A model generated the notes under the pieces. That model did no database searches. It worked only from the letters and a program-made list of their open reading frames with translations, and was not told where the DNA came from. A DNA stretch of 64,000 nucleotides from an uncultured Verrucomicrobiae bacterium (GTDB taxonomy: Bacteria; Verrucomicrobiota; Verrucomicrobiia; Limisphaerales; JAHDYP01). The stretch covers positions 593,202-657,201 of the forward strand of contig CAVXWU010000004.1 of assembly GCA_963765535.1 (NCBI GenBank), written 5' to 3'. The position numbers were made by a program, and so were the translations under genes. Below, one piece after another: positions 63,115-64,000 of the stretch. Within the stretch, counting starts at the first letter, position 1. Each line of letters starts with the position of its first letter.

Positions 63115-64000
63115 ATGAAAGCAAGAATCCTCACGGTCCAGTGCGCGCTTTGCCTCGCCGCCGGCGCTTCGGACTCCTGGCCGCAATTCCGCGGCCCGAA
63201 TGGGGCCGGCGTGAGCGGGAGCGCGGATCTGCCGGACCATTGGTCGGCCACTGAGAACGTGGCGTGGAAAACCGATCTTCCGGGACGCAGTTGGTCTTCG
63301 CCGATTGTCTGGGGCGACCGGGTATTCCTCACCGCCGTGGTGAACCTCGGGGAATCCGAGTCGCCCAGGAAGGGTCTTTATCTGGGAGGGAATCGCCCTG
63401 AGCCGCCCAAGGCCGAACATCAATGGAAAGTGATTTGTCTGGATCTGGCCTCGGGCCGAATCGAGTGGGAGAGGACCGTTCACCAAGGCGCGCCACAGTC
63501 TTCCATCCACCTCAAGAACAGTTTTGGGGCCGAGACACCAGTGACGGATGGCGAACGGGTCTACACGTTGTTTGGCAATGTGGGCGTGTTCGCCTTGACC
63601 TCGGATGGCCATGAGGTGTGGTCCAAACGATTCGAGGCGCGCGCCACACGTTACGGTTGGGGCACGGCCGCCTCTCCGGCATTGCACGATGGGCGTTTGT
63701 TCATCGTGAGCGATAACGATGACCGGGCCGAGCTGTTCGCGCTTGATGCCAATACCGGCAAGGAACTTTGGCGTGTGGACCGTGACGAGAAAAGCAATTG
63801 GGCCACACCGTTCGTTTGGAAAAACAATCTCCGCACGGAACTCGTCACGTCAGGCAGCCGCGCGGTGCGCAGCTACGACCTCGACGGCAAACTGCTTTGG
63901 TCGTTCCATGGCATGTCCAGCATCGTCATCCCGACACCGCTGGCTGGGTACGGCTTGCTCTTCGTCACGTCCGGTTACGTGGGGGACAAGCTGCGTCCGC
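63115..64000 (+). CDS. PQQ-like / BamB-like beta-propeller repeat protein (3' end runs off the window)
   Basis: Absent from the ORF track because there is no stop in the window. Hand translation from ATG 63115 is open to the window end: MKARILTVQCALCLAAGASDSWPQFRGPNGAGVSGSADLPDHWSATENVAWKTDLPGRSWSSPIVWGDRVFLT..DGERVYTLFGNVGVFALTSDGHEVW..HDGRLFIVSDNDDRAELFALDANTGKELWRVDR... This is the typical W-P-x-F-R-G and SSP-x-V/(V/I)-x-D-G repeat pattern. Confidence 0.8.
   Translation, partial: MKARILTVQCALCLAAGASDSWPQFRGPNGAGVSGSADLPDHWSATENVAWKTDLPGRSWSSPIVWGDRVFLTAVVNLGESESPRKGLYLGGNRPEPPKAEHQWKVICLDLASGRIEWERTVHQGAPQSSIHLKNSFGAETPVTDGERVYTLFGNVGVFALTSDGHEVWSKRFEARATRYGWGTAASPALHDGRLFIVSDNDDRAELFALDANTGKELWRVDRDEKSNWATPFVWKNNLRTELVTSGSRAVRSYDLDGKLLWSFHGMSSIVIPTPLAGYGLLFVTSGYVGDKLRP

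Overview
64-kb, high-GC bacterial chromosomal segment. I saw no rRNA, tRNA or CRISPR. The gene content suggests a PVC-group organism (Verrucomicrobiota/Planctomycetota): a DUF1559-like prepilin-type protein, multi-kb Lamin-tail-domain/CotH exoproteins, FG-GAP/ASPIC proteins, an ECF sigma + Ser/Thr kinase pair, GH29 fucosidases and multi-PAS hybrid kinases. That assignment is inferred from family co-occurrence, not from a search.
Layout:
- [0-2.4 kb] FadL-type outer-membrane transporter (edge-truncated, absent from the ORF track), a 278-bp MITE-like palindromic element, and an AraC-HTH::O6-alkylguanine methyltransferase.
- [3-12.8 kb] Three tandem sensor genes: a PAS-only membrane sensor, a 1629-aa pseudo-receiver/PAS/GAF hybrid kinase, and a REC-PAS-HK-REC hybrid.
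- [12.8-16.6 kb] PIG-L deacetylase and ppdK.
- [16.9-18.0 and 32.9-34.0 kb] Two copies of a composite repeat I do not recognise. Each has conserved flanks around a ~0.7-kb tandem array with no T on the top strand. Together they bracket an RRM RNA-binding protein gene and two tandem giant LTD/CotH genes (2139 and 2549 aa).
- [34-45 kb] Prepilin-like protein, Ig/PA14 protein, ASPIC/FG-GAP protein, and a beta-helix::GH29 fusion.
- [45.2-48.2 kb] An AT-richer islet of gene wreckage (transposase tail with an in-frame stop, BlaI::M56 deletion remnant) plus two hypothetical genes.
- [48.5-53.5 kb] DUF1080, GH29 and a GH5-like hydrolase.
- [53.6-59.6 kb] A ~2000-aa pentapeptide/S8-protease/FG-GAP gene broken by several frameshifts.
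- [59.7-62.7 kb] An ECF sigma factor translationally coupled to a kinase carrying an anti-sigma-type zinc motif.
- [63.1 kb-end] PQQ-like beta-propeller (edge-truncated, absent from the ORF track).
The most unusual item is the paired T-free array element. Its function is unknown, and every functional idea below is a hypothesis. All product calls rest on motifs read by eye from the supplied translations or from my own hand translations. No BLAST, HMM or RNA-folding search was run.
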